DNA from: Thermocrinis sp.
GTDB taxonomy: Bacteria; Aquificota; Aquificia; Aquificales; Aquificaceae
Length of the DNA: 64,000 nt
Assembly (NCBI GenBank): GCA_028276475.1
Contig: JAPYWH010000002.1
Location: forward strand, 9,652 to 73,651
Direction: 5' to 3'
Position numbers and translations under genes: made by a program. Below the pieces are notes generated by a model that worked only from the letters and a program-made list of their open reading frames with translations, ran no database searches and was not told where the DNA came from. Shown piece after piece: positions 47,289-54,926 of the stretch; position 1 is the first letter of the stretch; each line of letters starts with the position of its first letter.

Positions 47289-48383
47289 ATGGAATTTGAT
47301 TTTTCACAACTGAGCGAACCACTGAGGAGGGCGCTTAAGGATTTAGGGTTTGAAAAGCCCACACCCATACAAAAGGAAGCAATACCCTTAGCACTCAAGG
47401 ACTACGATATTTTGGGACAGGCGGCAACGGGCACAGGCAAGACCGCAGCCTTTGGCATACCCATAATAGAAAAGGTAAAAAAGGAAGAGGGTTTAAAGGC
47501 GCTCATACTTACTCCCACCCGAGAGCTTGCCATTCAGGTAAAGGAACAACTGCAAGAGCTTGCCAAGTATAAGGGTCTGAGGGTCTCTGTCTTTTACGGT
47601 GGAACACCCGTGGCGGGCAACATTGAGTTTTTAGCAAAATACACCCACAACATAGTGGTGGGGACGCCCGGCAGGGTCAAGGACCTTATAAACCGTTCCG
47701 CTTTAGACCTTAGCAATGTCTCTTACTTTGTCCTTGACGAGGCGGACCTTATGCTTGATATGGGCTTTATTGAGGATGTGGAAGAGATCATTTCCTATAT
47801 TCCCACCCAAAGGCAGAGTTTTATGTTCTCCGCCACCATACCAAGGCAGGTGGAAGAGCTTGCGAGGAAATACCTAAGGGAAGGCTACAAGTTGGTGAGA
47901 GTAATAAACGCTGAGCTCAAGCCAAAGATAGAGGAAAGGTTAATAAAGCTGAGCTCTCCGGAGCAAAAACTTTCAGAGTTGGAAAAGCTTCTAAGGGAGC
48001 ACCTTTTGGAGAAGGTGATTATCTTTGTTAAAACTCGCAAGGATGCAAAGGAATTGGCGGAAAGGCTGAAGGCTAAGAACTTTAAAGTGGTTGCCCTACA
48101 CGGAGATATGACCCAACGGCAGAGGGAAAACGCCCTTAGGCTCTTTAAGGATGGAAAGGTAAGAATTGTGGTGGCTACCGATGTGGCGTCAAGGGGTTTG
48201 GATATAAAGGGTGTAGGCGTGGTGATCAACTACCATATACCCGAAGACCCAGAGGTCTATATCCACCGCATAGGTAGAACTGGAAGGATTGGAAACTACG
48301 GGAAAGCTTACAGCTTTGCAACGCCCGAAGACAGCCGGGCACTGTGGAGGATAAAAAAACTTAAGGAATCCCAAAAAGCTTAG
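47289..48383 (+). CDS. DEAD-box RNA helicase (minimal core)
   Basis: Q motif, 'ATGTGKT', 'PTRELA', 'DEAD', 'SAT', 'HRIGRTGR'. Confidence 0.95.
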   Translation: MEFDFSQLSEPLRRALKDLGFEKPTPIQKEAIPLALKDYDILGQAATGTGKTAAFGIPIIEKVKKEEGLKALILTPTRELAIQVKEQLQELAKYKGLRVSVFYGGTPVAGNIEFLAKYTHNIVVGTPGRVKDLINRSALDLSNVSYFVLDEADLMLDMGFIEDVEEIISYIPTQRQSFMFSATIPRQVEELARKYLREGYKLVRVINAELKPKIEERLIKLSSPEQKLSELEKLLREHLLEKVIIFVKTRKDAKELAERLKAKNFKVVALHGDMTQRQRENALRLFKDGKVRIVVATDVASRGLDIKGVGVVINYHIPEDPEVYIHRIGRTGRIGNYGKAYSFATPEDSRALWRIKKLKESQKA

Positions 48384-48413
48384 GGTTATAATCTAAATTA
48401 AGGAGGTGGTGCC

Positions 48414-48707
48414 ATGCCGATATTTGTGATGCTAACCACACTAACCGATGAAGGTATGAAAACCCTAAAGCACAAGCCCGAAAGGATCAAAGAGGTGGAT
48501 AGGGAGGTTATGGAGAAGTTTGGGGTTAAGATCATCGCCCAGTATGCCCTGATGGGACCCTACGACTTTGTCAATATCATTGAAGCACCCGATAACGACA
48601 CAGTGGTAAAGATGGCGATAGAGCTCGGCTCCAGGGGAACCATAAGGACCCTTACCATGCCCGCCATAGAGGTGGAAAGGTTAATAGAGGACCTCAAAAG
48701 CCTATAA
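48414..48707 (+). CDS. GYD-domain protein
   Basis: 'MGPYDFVNIIEAPD', 'G.IRTLTM.A'. Confidence 0.85.
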   Translation: MPIFVMLTTLTDEGMKTLKHKPERIKEVDREVMEKFGVKIIAQYALMGPYDFVNIIEAPDNDTVVKMAIELGSRGTIRTLTMPAIEVERLIEDLKSL

Positions 48708-48711
48708 GTTT

Positions 48712-49047
48712 ATGCACCCCGCCCTTGAGCTCTTTTTGAGCATAGCAAAGGAATACACTGACCTTACATTTGGAAGGAGTAAGGACGAGCTCATAAGCAG
48801 GTCCATAAAAGCCCTGAGGGCTCTGAGGGAGGAGGATTTAGAGAAGGTAAAGGAAAACAAAGAACTTAGCTCGGGCGTTGAGTTTTTTTTGGAGAGGTTC
48901 GCAAGCTTTGTCAAAGAGCATCCGGAGGATGTGGAAACCCTTATAAAGCTGTTAAGTTTATTCATAAAGTCGCCCGTCCCATGTAAAATAAGGCTAATAA
49001 ACTTTTCGGAGGTGCTCGTTGAAGGTCGGAGAGCTTCTCAAGAGTGA
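48712..49047 (+). CDS. Hypothetical protein
   Basis: 111-aa ORF in operon context with typical codon usage. Confidence 0.6.
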   Translation: MHPALELFLSIAKEYTDLTFGRSKDELISRSIKALRALREEDLEKVKENKELSSGVEFFLERFASFVKEHPEDVETLIKLLSLFIKSPVPCKIRLINFSEVLVEGRRASQE

Positions 49048-49912
49048 GTTCAGCGTATCCTTTGAGTTTTTCCCTCCCAAGTCTCCCGAGGGAGAGAAAG
49101 AGCTCTTTGAAACCATAAAGGAGCTTGAAGCACTCAAGCCCACCTTTGTATCTGTTACCTACGGGGCGGGTGGGAGCACTCGGGACAGAACAAGAAGTAT
49201 AGCTTATAGAATACACACAGAAACAAAGCTTACTGTTATGGCACATTTGACTTGCATAGCCCACTCAAAGGAGGAACTTTTAGAGATCCTTCAAGACTAC
49301 AAAAGTATAGGCATTGAGAACATATTAGCCCTCAGGGGTGATATGCCAAAGGGAGATTTTCAGGCTCCAAAAGGTGCTTGCAAGTATGCGGTGGAATTGG
49401 TAAGGTTTATAAGGGAAAATTTTGACAACTTTTTTTCTGTAGGTGTTGCCAGCTATCCAGAAAAGCATCCCGAGTCTCCCAACATGGAGTGGGAGATAAG
49501 GTTTTTCAAAGAAAAGGTCTTGGCGGGTGCTGACTTTTCCATAACTCAGATGTTCTTTGATAACTCATACTATTACAGGTTTGTGGAAAGGTGCCATAAG
49601 GAAGGTATAAACGTCCCCATAATACCGGGCATTATGCCCATAACCAATTTTTACCAGATCAAAAAGTTTGCCAGCATGTGCGGGGCAACCATACCACAGG
49701 GTCTGGTGGATACCTTGGAGCCCCATGCGGAGGACCCGGAGGAAACCACAAAAAGGGGCGTAGAGTTTGCTATAAGGCAGTGCGAAGACCTAATAGCCAA
49801 TGGAGTCCCCGGACTTCACTTTTACACCCTCAACAAATCAAAGGCAACCCTGCTTATCTACCAAGCCATAAAGCACCTTATACCGCCTAAGGTCCTATCG
49901 AGGCTGTTTTAA
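49019..49912 (+). CDS. metF: 5,10-methylenetetrahydrofolate reductase
   Basis: 'SFEFFPPK', 'SVTYGAGG', 'LRGD', 'ITQMFF', 'HFYTLN'; stop codon lies inside the TIR element. Confidence 0.96.
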   Translation: MKVGELLKSEFSVSFEFFPPKSPEGEKELFETIKELEALKPTFVSVTYGAGGSTRDRTRSIAYRIHTETKLTVMAHLTCIAHSKEELLEILQDYKSIGIENILALRGDMPKGDFQAPKGACKYAVELVRFIRENFDNFFSVGVASYPEKHPESPNMEWEIRFFKEKVLAGADFSITQMFFDNSYYYRFVERCHKEGINVPIIPGIMPITNFYQIKKFASMCGATIPQGLVDTLEPHAEDPEETTKRGVEFAIRQCEDLIANGVPGLHFYTLNKSKATLLIYQAIKHLIPPKVLSRLF

Positions 49913-50148
49913 AAATCCCTTATCGGGACCGTCCCCCCCAGCGGATAAGGGAACTAACCCTTTCCCCACCCTGTCCCACGCTCCCTTGCGGGAGGAGAGG
50001 AGTATCTTCCTCTCAAGAACAGGGAAGAGGAGGGCTACCTTCAGAACCTGCTGGACAATGGTAAGGATTTTAAAATCCTTCCCGTCTTCAGGGTTCCTTC
50101 CATTGGTCCCACAACGGGCACCCAGCAAGTTCTGAAAGCTTTGCATAG
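49900..50148 (-). ncRNA. Candidate structured ncRNA inside element copy 1
   Basis: Extended -10 TGATATAAT (50154-50162), 15-bp helix, three-way junction, terminal hairpin plus U-run; covaries with copy 2. Confidence 0.5.
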
Positions 50149-50206
50149 GAAAAATTATATCACTTCTCAAAAACTTTTCCTCAGTTTGTATTTTTAGAAC
50201 AGTATC
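49900..50206 (-). mobile_element. MITE-like non-autonomous element, copy 1 (307 bp)
   Basis: Terminal inverted repeats GAGGCTGTTTTAAAAAT / GATACTGTTCTAAAAAT (14/17), 11-bp TSD, no transposase. Confidence 0.85.
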
Positions 50207-51173
50207 AAGGTCCTATCTGTCTGAGAAAGGGTGGAATCTCTTCCGTTTTTGTCCACCCGCACTCCTCCAAGATTATATCCACCGTCTCTTCTTGCTTTCC
50301 CGTCTTTTGAGAGGCATACTTCACAAACTCTGCCCTTTTGCCCTTAAAGTTCTCTATATCTTCCTCAGAGACCTCAGGCAGTCTTGCTGTTATCCTCTGC
50401 TTGACGATTTTCCAAGCGGTAGTGTTGCTATAAAGGTCAAACTTTTTGTCTTTTACTGTTATCTTGGCGGTTAGTTCCTTAAGAAAGTCCAGCCTTTTTG
50501 GGTCTATAGTCAGTATAGCCTCCGCCATGAGAGGGTCTGCGGTGTAGAAGATGCCAAAGAGCTTTCCTAACACCCTCCTGTGGGTTAGAATGATCCTATC
50601 AAGGATCAACTGAACATCCTCCTCTACCTTTTCGTATATGAGGTCATAGTAGTTTAGTGTTTCAAGCTCAAGACCTCCAACATGCCTTATGAAGTTTGCC
50701 ACGTTCCCATAGTCCAACTCCTGCTTTTCTTCCTCCACCTTTTCTTTTACCACCTGCGTGCTCCCGTAGTCAAGGACCACATCCGTATGCACGGGTGAGA
50801 TTATGTGATAAGTTTCCGATTCCCAACCTGCTTTGCGCAGAATTTGCTCCGCACCGCTTTCGTCAATGTTTAGCCTTTCCATGAGCAACCTCTTTAGTCC
50901 TTCCCTGTCCCTTCTGTATTTGTCCAATTCCTCCTCGGGAATATCCACATCCACATAAACGAACCTTTCTACGCCGTTTTCCTTTATGAATATATTTTTC
51001 CTGCCTCTTATGTGCCTTTTGATGAACGCCCACTCCTCGTCGGTCATAATAGGTTCTGGATGCCACAGTTTGGACATCTCCTCCTCAAGCTCTAAGTAAG
51101 GTACCGATTCATACCATGTGGCGTTGTTGAGCTTCATCTCCACAGATTCCCTGCTCTCTCCCGTCTTTTTCAT
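50205..51173 (-). CDS. Hypothetical protein with CsbD/YjbJ-like helical repeats; 5' part separated by a frameshift
   Basis: Repeats W..[IV]K..I..R...EE...R......L...GW at about aa 48-117 and 254-308; repeat homology continues upstream of the ATG. Confidence 0.65.
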   Translation of the reverse strand: MKKTGESRESVEMKLNNATWYESVPYLELEEEMSKLWHPEPIMTDEEWAFIKRHIRGRKNIFIKENGVERFVYVDVDIPEEELDKYRRDREGLKRLLMERLNIDESGAEQILRKAGWESETYHIISPVHTDVVLDYGSTQVVKEKVEEEKQELDYGNVANFIRHVGGLELETLNYYDLIYEKVEEDVQLILDRIILTHRRVLGKLFGIFYTADPLMAEAILTIDPKRLDFLKELTAKITVKDKKFDLYSNTTAWKIVKQRITARLPEVSEEDIENFKGKRAEFVKYASQKTGKQEETVDIILEECGWTKTEEIPPFLRQIGP

Positions 51174-51210
51174 TACATAGTCTATGAACTCTTTCCTTTT
51201 GAACTTAAAG

Positions 51211-51459
51211 CTATATTACCTGAAGTAGCCGGGCTAAGTTGAGCTTTTTTATGTTTTCAATGTGGCAAAGTTCCGCCCGGTATTCGGGTGGAAGGTTAAT
51301 GACGCAATACTCGTTCATAACGTCCATTTCCCGCTTTAGCATACTACGAAAGAAGGCGAGCTTTTCCCTCCTGCTTAGGTTTTGTTTTTCTAAAAGTTTT
51401 TCCATCATGGCTGTTCCCTCCTTTGTTAGATAAATATAATCTACTGAGGGAGGTCTCAC
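51211..51459 (-). pseudogene. Probable frameshifted 5' fragment of the 50205-51173 gene
   Basis: C-terminal 'IKKLNLARLLQV' matches repeat segment 'VKQRITARLPEV'. Confidence 0.5.
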
Positions 51460-51545
51460 TATGTCCTAAATCAACATTGCCTTGTCCAATTATTTAGCTA
51501 CTCGCCTCCGCAAAGCCGATAGGATTTCTCTATGATATAGGGAAC

Positions 51546-52211
51546 CTAATTTATTGGATAATGCGGAGAACGTTTGAAAAAACCGCAAAAATCCCTTATA
51601 GGGCATACATCGCACCTTGGTTTTTGAGGTTTGCATATCGTTTGCCCGAAGGCTACAAGTAGTTTATTAAAATCCATCCAATAATCTTGGGGCAGTATTT
51701 CCGTTAGTGCCCTTTCCGTCTCCTCCGGAGTTTTTGTGCTAATTAGCTTCCATCGGTTGCATATGCGATGCACATGGGTATCTACACCTATGGCGGGCTT
51801 TCCGAAGGCTTCCACCAGAACAATGTTTGCCACCTTTCTACCCACACCCTCTAACCTCAGAAGTCCCTCGAGGTCCGAAGGAACCTCTCCGCCGAACTCC
51901 TCCTTTATCTGCCTTGCCAACTCTTTGAGATACCTTGCCTTGTTTTTGTAAAAACCCACTGGGTATAAAAGCCTTTCAAGTTCCCTCAGGTCTATGGCAA
52001 GCAGGTCTTCCCAGTTTTTTACCCTTTCAAAGAGCCTTTGGCAGACCTCCGCGGTGGTTTCATCCTTGGTGCGGGTAGATAAGAGGGTGCAAACCAGAGC
52101 CCTAAAGGGGTCTCCCTTTTTGTGGGCTATGAGCTTTTCTATGGGAGCCTTTAGCTTTGGGTATTCCTCTCTGAGGATCTCTATAACCTTTTTTAGCTCT
52201 TCAATTTTCAT
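51546..52211 (-). CDS. nth: Endonuclease III
   Basis: 'LLSTRTKDETT', 'GVGRKVAN', 'VDTHVHRI', 'CKPQKPRCDVCPIRDFC'. Confidence 0.95.
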   Translation of the reverse strand: MKIEELKKVIEILREEYPKLKAPIEKLIAHKKGDPFRALVCTLLSTRTKDETTAEVCQRLFERVKNWEDLLAIDLRELERLLYPVGFYKNKARYLKELARQIKEEFGGEVPSDLEGLLRLEGVGRKVANIVLVEAFGKPAIGVDTHVHRICNRWKLISTKTPEETERALTEILPQDYWMDFNKLLVAFGQTICKPQKPRCDVCPIRDFCGFFKRSPHYPIN

Positions 52212-52234
52212 ACTCAGGGCATATAATTTTAATC

Positions 52235-52465
52235 ATGGCAGACAGGGAATTAGACATCAGAGGCGAGGTTTGCCCTTTTACCTTTGTCAAGAGCAAGCTG
52301 GTGTTGGAGCAGATGGAGCTGGGTCAAGTGCTTAGGGTGGTCTTGGACTATCCACCCTCCGTGGAGAATGTGCCAAAAAGCATGAGAGAAGAAGGACAGG
52401 AGGTCCTTGCCATAAACAAGCTTGACAACAACACCTGGGAAATCCTTATAAGGAAGGCGAAATGA
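52235..52465 (+). CDS. TusA/SirA-family sulfur carrier
   Basis: 'LDIRGEVCPFTF', 'VLDYPPSVENVP'. Confidence 0.9.
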   Translation: MADRELDIRGEVCPFTFVKSKLVLEQMELGQVLRVVLDYPPSVENVPKSMREEGQEVLAINKLDNNTWEILIRKAK

Positions 52466-52764
52466 GAGTTCTCTTTGTAGTAAGCAGTAATCCCTTCTCA
52501 AAGGACTACACCACCATTTTTAACTTGGTGAAGGAGCTTGTAAAGAGGGGAGAGGTTATCATCTTTTTCACGGGCAACGGTGCATACTACACCATAAGAC
52601 CCGAGACAGAAGAGCTTAACAAATTGGGGGCGAGGCTTTTGTATTGTGCTCACTCTGCCCACCAGAGGGGCATAAAGGAGACCCTTCCCTTCTTTGAAAG
52701 CAGTTCCACCTATAACCTTTCCAGGATCATGCTTGAATGTCAAAAGGTGTTATCTTTTAACTGA
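52462..52764 (+). CDS. DsrE/TusD-family sulfurtransferase
   Basis: 'IFFTGNGAY', 'CAHSAHQRG'. Confidence 0.8.
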   Translation: MRVLFVVSSNPFSKDYTTIFNLVKELVKRGEVIIFFTGNGAYYTIRPETEELNKLGARLLYCAHSAHQRGIKETLPFFESSSTYNLSRIMLECQKVLSFN

Positions 52765-52827
52765 TGGAAAGAAAAGATTTTCTCGGGTTCTCTATATCAG
52801 AGTTGGGTGTGGGCACCTGTATGGTGG

Positions 52828-53077
52828 TAGGGTGTTCTGAAAATACAAACCCATTCCTGACCTACCGACCAAATATATTGTTTCAGCTATTTACAACTGC
52901 TTGGCGAGTTCTGAAGGTAGCCTTCCTCTTCCCTATACTTGGAAAGGTCTTACTGAGGGACCTTTCTCCTCTGAAGCCCACATTGGTGGAAGGGGCGTGG
53001 GTAAGGGAGAGGAAACGGTTAGCCCCTTTATCCGTTGGAGGGGCGTATCCCGACGAGGGATTTTTTAGAACAGCCTC
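52828..53077 (+). mobile_element. MITE-like element, copy 2 (250 bp, diverged)
   Basis: Ends TAGGGTGTTCTGAAAATACAAAC / GAGGCTGTTCTAAAAAA; shares GTTCTGAAGGTAGCC and downstream fold with copy 1; no convincing TSD. Confidence 0.75.
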
Positions 53078-54160
53078 ATGGAAGAAACACAAAAAATACG
53101 TCTTTTGAGTAGGTTGGCAAGCTTTGAAAGAGACGGAGATGCCAACTTGGAGGATTGTATATACATGGCTTCCACTCCAAAGGGCAGAGTTCCCATACTT
53201 AAGGTTATGCAAACTACTATGTGCGATAAAAACTGTCTTTACTGTGTCTTTAGAAGGGGCAGAGATGAAACCCCTCGGATTTACATACCTCCAGACCAGT
53301 TGGCGAGGAGCTTTATGGAACTTTACAGAAGGGGTAAGGTAAAGGGGCTTTTCTTGTCCTCTGGGATCTTTGGGCATCCAGAATTTACCATGGAAAAAAT
53401 GATAGACACGGTAAAGATACTGCGAGAGAAATATCATTTTAATGGATATGTTCATTTAAAGCTAATGCCCGGCGTTTCTTTGCAAACAGTAGAGGAGGCT
53501 GTAAAAGTAGCAGACAGGGTCTCCATAAACATAGAGACCTCCAAGGAGGAGAGGCTCAAAAGGATTGCCAAAGGAAAGAGCATACTGCAGGATATTCTTC
53601 CAAAAATAGAAGCGGTGGATAAGCTCATTAGGGAATACAGGGGAAAAAGCCAGATAACCCAAATGATGGTGGGTGTGGATGGAGAAAGGGATGAGGAGAT
53701 CATCAAAGTGGTGAATTTCCTGCATAGAAAATACAGGCTCAGCAGGATCTACTTTAGCGCCTTCTTCCCGATAAAGGGAACGCCTCTTGAGGACAGGCAA
53801 GCGGAGAACCCTTTACGGGAACACAGGCTCTATCAGGCAGAATTTTTGATCAAAGATTATGGCTTTAGCGTAGAGGATTTTAGCAAAGTGCTTGTGGATG
53901 GGAACCTCCCCTTAAACATTGACCCAAAAGAGGCGTGGGCCCTTGCCAACAGGGAGCTATTCCCCGTGGAGATAAACAGAGCAGATTATCATCTTCTTAT
54001 GCGGGTGCCTGGTATAGGCAAGAAATCCGCGGAGGAAATAATCTCAAGGCGCAAAGTAAAAAGGCTCTCTTCCTTGGAAGACCTTAAGGGTATAAGAAAC
54101 CTCAAGAAAATACTCAAATACATAACGATAAATGGGCGCTACTACGGAAAGGGGCTATAA
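53078..54160 (+). CDS. Putative DNA modification/repair radical SAM protein with C-terminal HhH
   Basis: 'CDKNCLYC', 'GLFLSSG', 'GYVHLKLMPG', 'REHRLYQAEFL', 'RVPGIG'. Confidence 0.88.
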   Translation: MEETQKIRLLSRLASFERDGDANLEDCIYMASTPKGRVPILKVMQTTMCDKNCLYCVFRRGRDETPRIYIPPDQLARSFMELYRRGKVKGLFLSSGIFGHPEFTMEKMIDTVKILREKYHFNGYVHLKLMPGVSLQTVEEAVKVADRVSINIETSKEERLKRIAKGKSILQDILPKIEAVDKLIREYRGKSQITQMMVGVDGERDEEIIKVVNFLHRKYRLSRIYFSAFFPIKGTPLEDRQAENPLREHRLYQAEFLIKDYGFSVEDFSKVLVDGNLPLNIDPKEAWALANRELFPVEINRADYHLLMRVPGIGKKSAEEIISRRKVKRLSSLEDLKGIRNLKKILKYITINGRYYGKGL

Positions 54161-54167
54161 TTCTTAA

Positions 54168-54926
54168 ATGCCTTCCATAAAGCTTCCCAAGGAGCATCTA
54201 CAAAAAGCTGTGGAGCTTTTGCTAAAAAAGGGCTTTCAAAAAAGGGATGTCCAAAACGCCTACGCCAGCTTGACCGATGGCAAAGCTTACATTACCCTTT
54301 ATCCTTCAGGTAGTGTGCTACTTCAGGGAGATTATCCCGAAAGCTTGAAGGATGAGATTTTGGCTTTGGTGCAAGCGGGGGGTGTTCTGGTGGGTTGCGA
54401 CGAGGCGGGCAAGGGGGATGTTTTTGGTCCCCTGGTGGTCTGCTGTGCCCTAATTAGACCGGAGAACTTTCGCAAGGTCCTTGAGTTGGCACCAAAGGAC
54501 TCAAAAAAGATCCAAGACAGGGAACTTTTCAAAAAACTCCCCATGTTAGAAAGATCTGTAGAGTTTTACTGTAAGGTTTTGGAACCTTTGGAGCTAAACC
54601 GCCTCCACAGGGAGGGAAAAAACCTAAACAGGATTTTAGATTGGGCATACCAGGAGCTGATAGAAGAGATCCTCTCCAAGGAACCCTACGCCAAGATAAC
54701 GGTGGATGCTTATTCCCACCGAAACCCCTTTGGCAGTTTGGTATCCTTTGAACACAAAGCGGAGGAAAAGGTGGAGGTTGCCTGTGCCAGCATGAAGGCA
54801 AGGGCTGAGTTTTTAAGGTGGCTGGAAAAACACAACCTACCAAAGGGAGCAAGCAAAGAGGTGATGGAGCTTGCAAGGAAAATGAAGGATCGGGAAAGGT
54901 ATTTAAAGGCTTTCTTTCTTTCTTAG
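54168..54926 (+). CDS. rnhC: Ribonuclease HIII
   Basis: TBP-like N-domain 'ITLYPSGSVLLQG', 'GCDEAGKGDVFGPL', 'KDSKK'. Confidence 0.9.
   Translation: MPSIKLPKEHLQKAVELLLKKGFQKRDVQNAYASLTDGKAYITLYPSGSVLLQGDYPESLKDEILALVQAGGVLVGCDEAGKGDVFGPLVVCCALIRPENFRKVLELAPKDSKKIQDRELFKKLPMLERSVEFYCKVLEPLELNRLHREGKNLNRILDWAYQELIEEILSKEPYAKITVDAYSHRNPFGSLVSFEHKAEEKVEVACASMKARAEFLRWLEKHNLPKGASKEVMELARKMKDRERYLKAFFLS

Larger units (their letters stand above)
49889..50217. repeat. 11-bp target-site duplication AAGGTCCTATC (49889-49899 and 50207-50217)
   Basis: Exact direct repeat abutting both element ends. Confidence 0.9.

Noticed and set aside
49917-49952. Resemblance to SAM-I riboswitch P1/P2 (CTTATC...GGGGAC..CCCGATAAG)
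   Set aside because: There is no P3 (GCAACC/GGTGC), J1/2 AGAG or P4, and the segment closes as a simple hairpin. Not a canonical SAM-I.
49895-50170. 91-aa minus-strand ORF similar to the ORF at 52764-53108
   Set aside because: The similarity comes from the shared TIR element. Indels between the copies follow hairpin loops rather than codons, and neither ORF has a recognisable domain.
49900-50206. Possible RNase P RNA, tmRNA, SRP, 6S or group II intron identity of the structured element
   Set aside because: It lacks GAGGAAAGUCC/ACAGAACCCGGCUUA, tRNA-like ends, the SRP helix-8 motif and domain V. TIRs and a TSD favour a mobile element.
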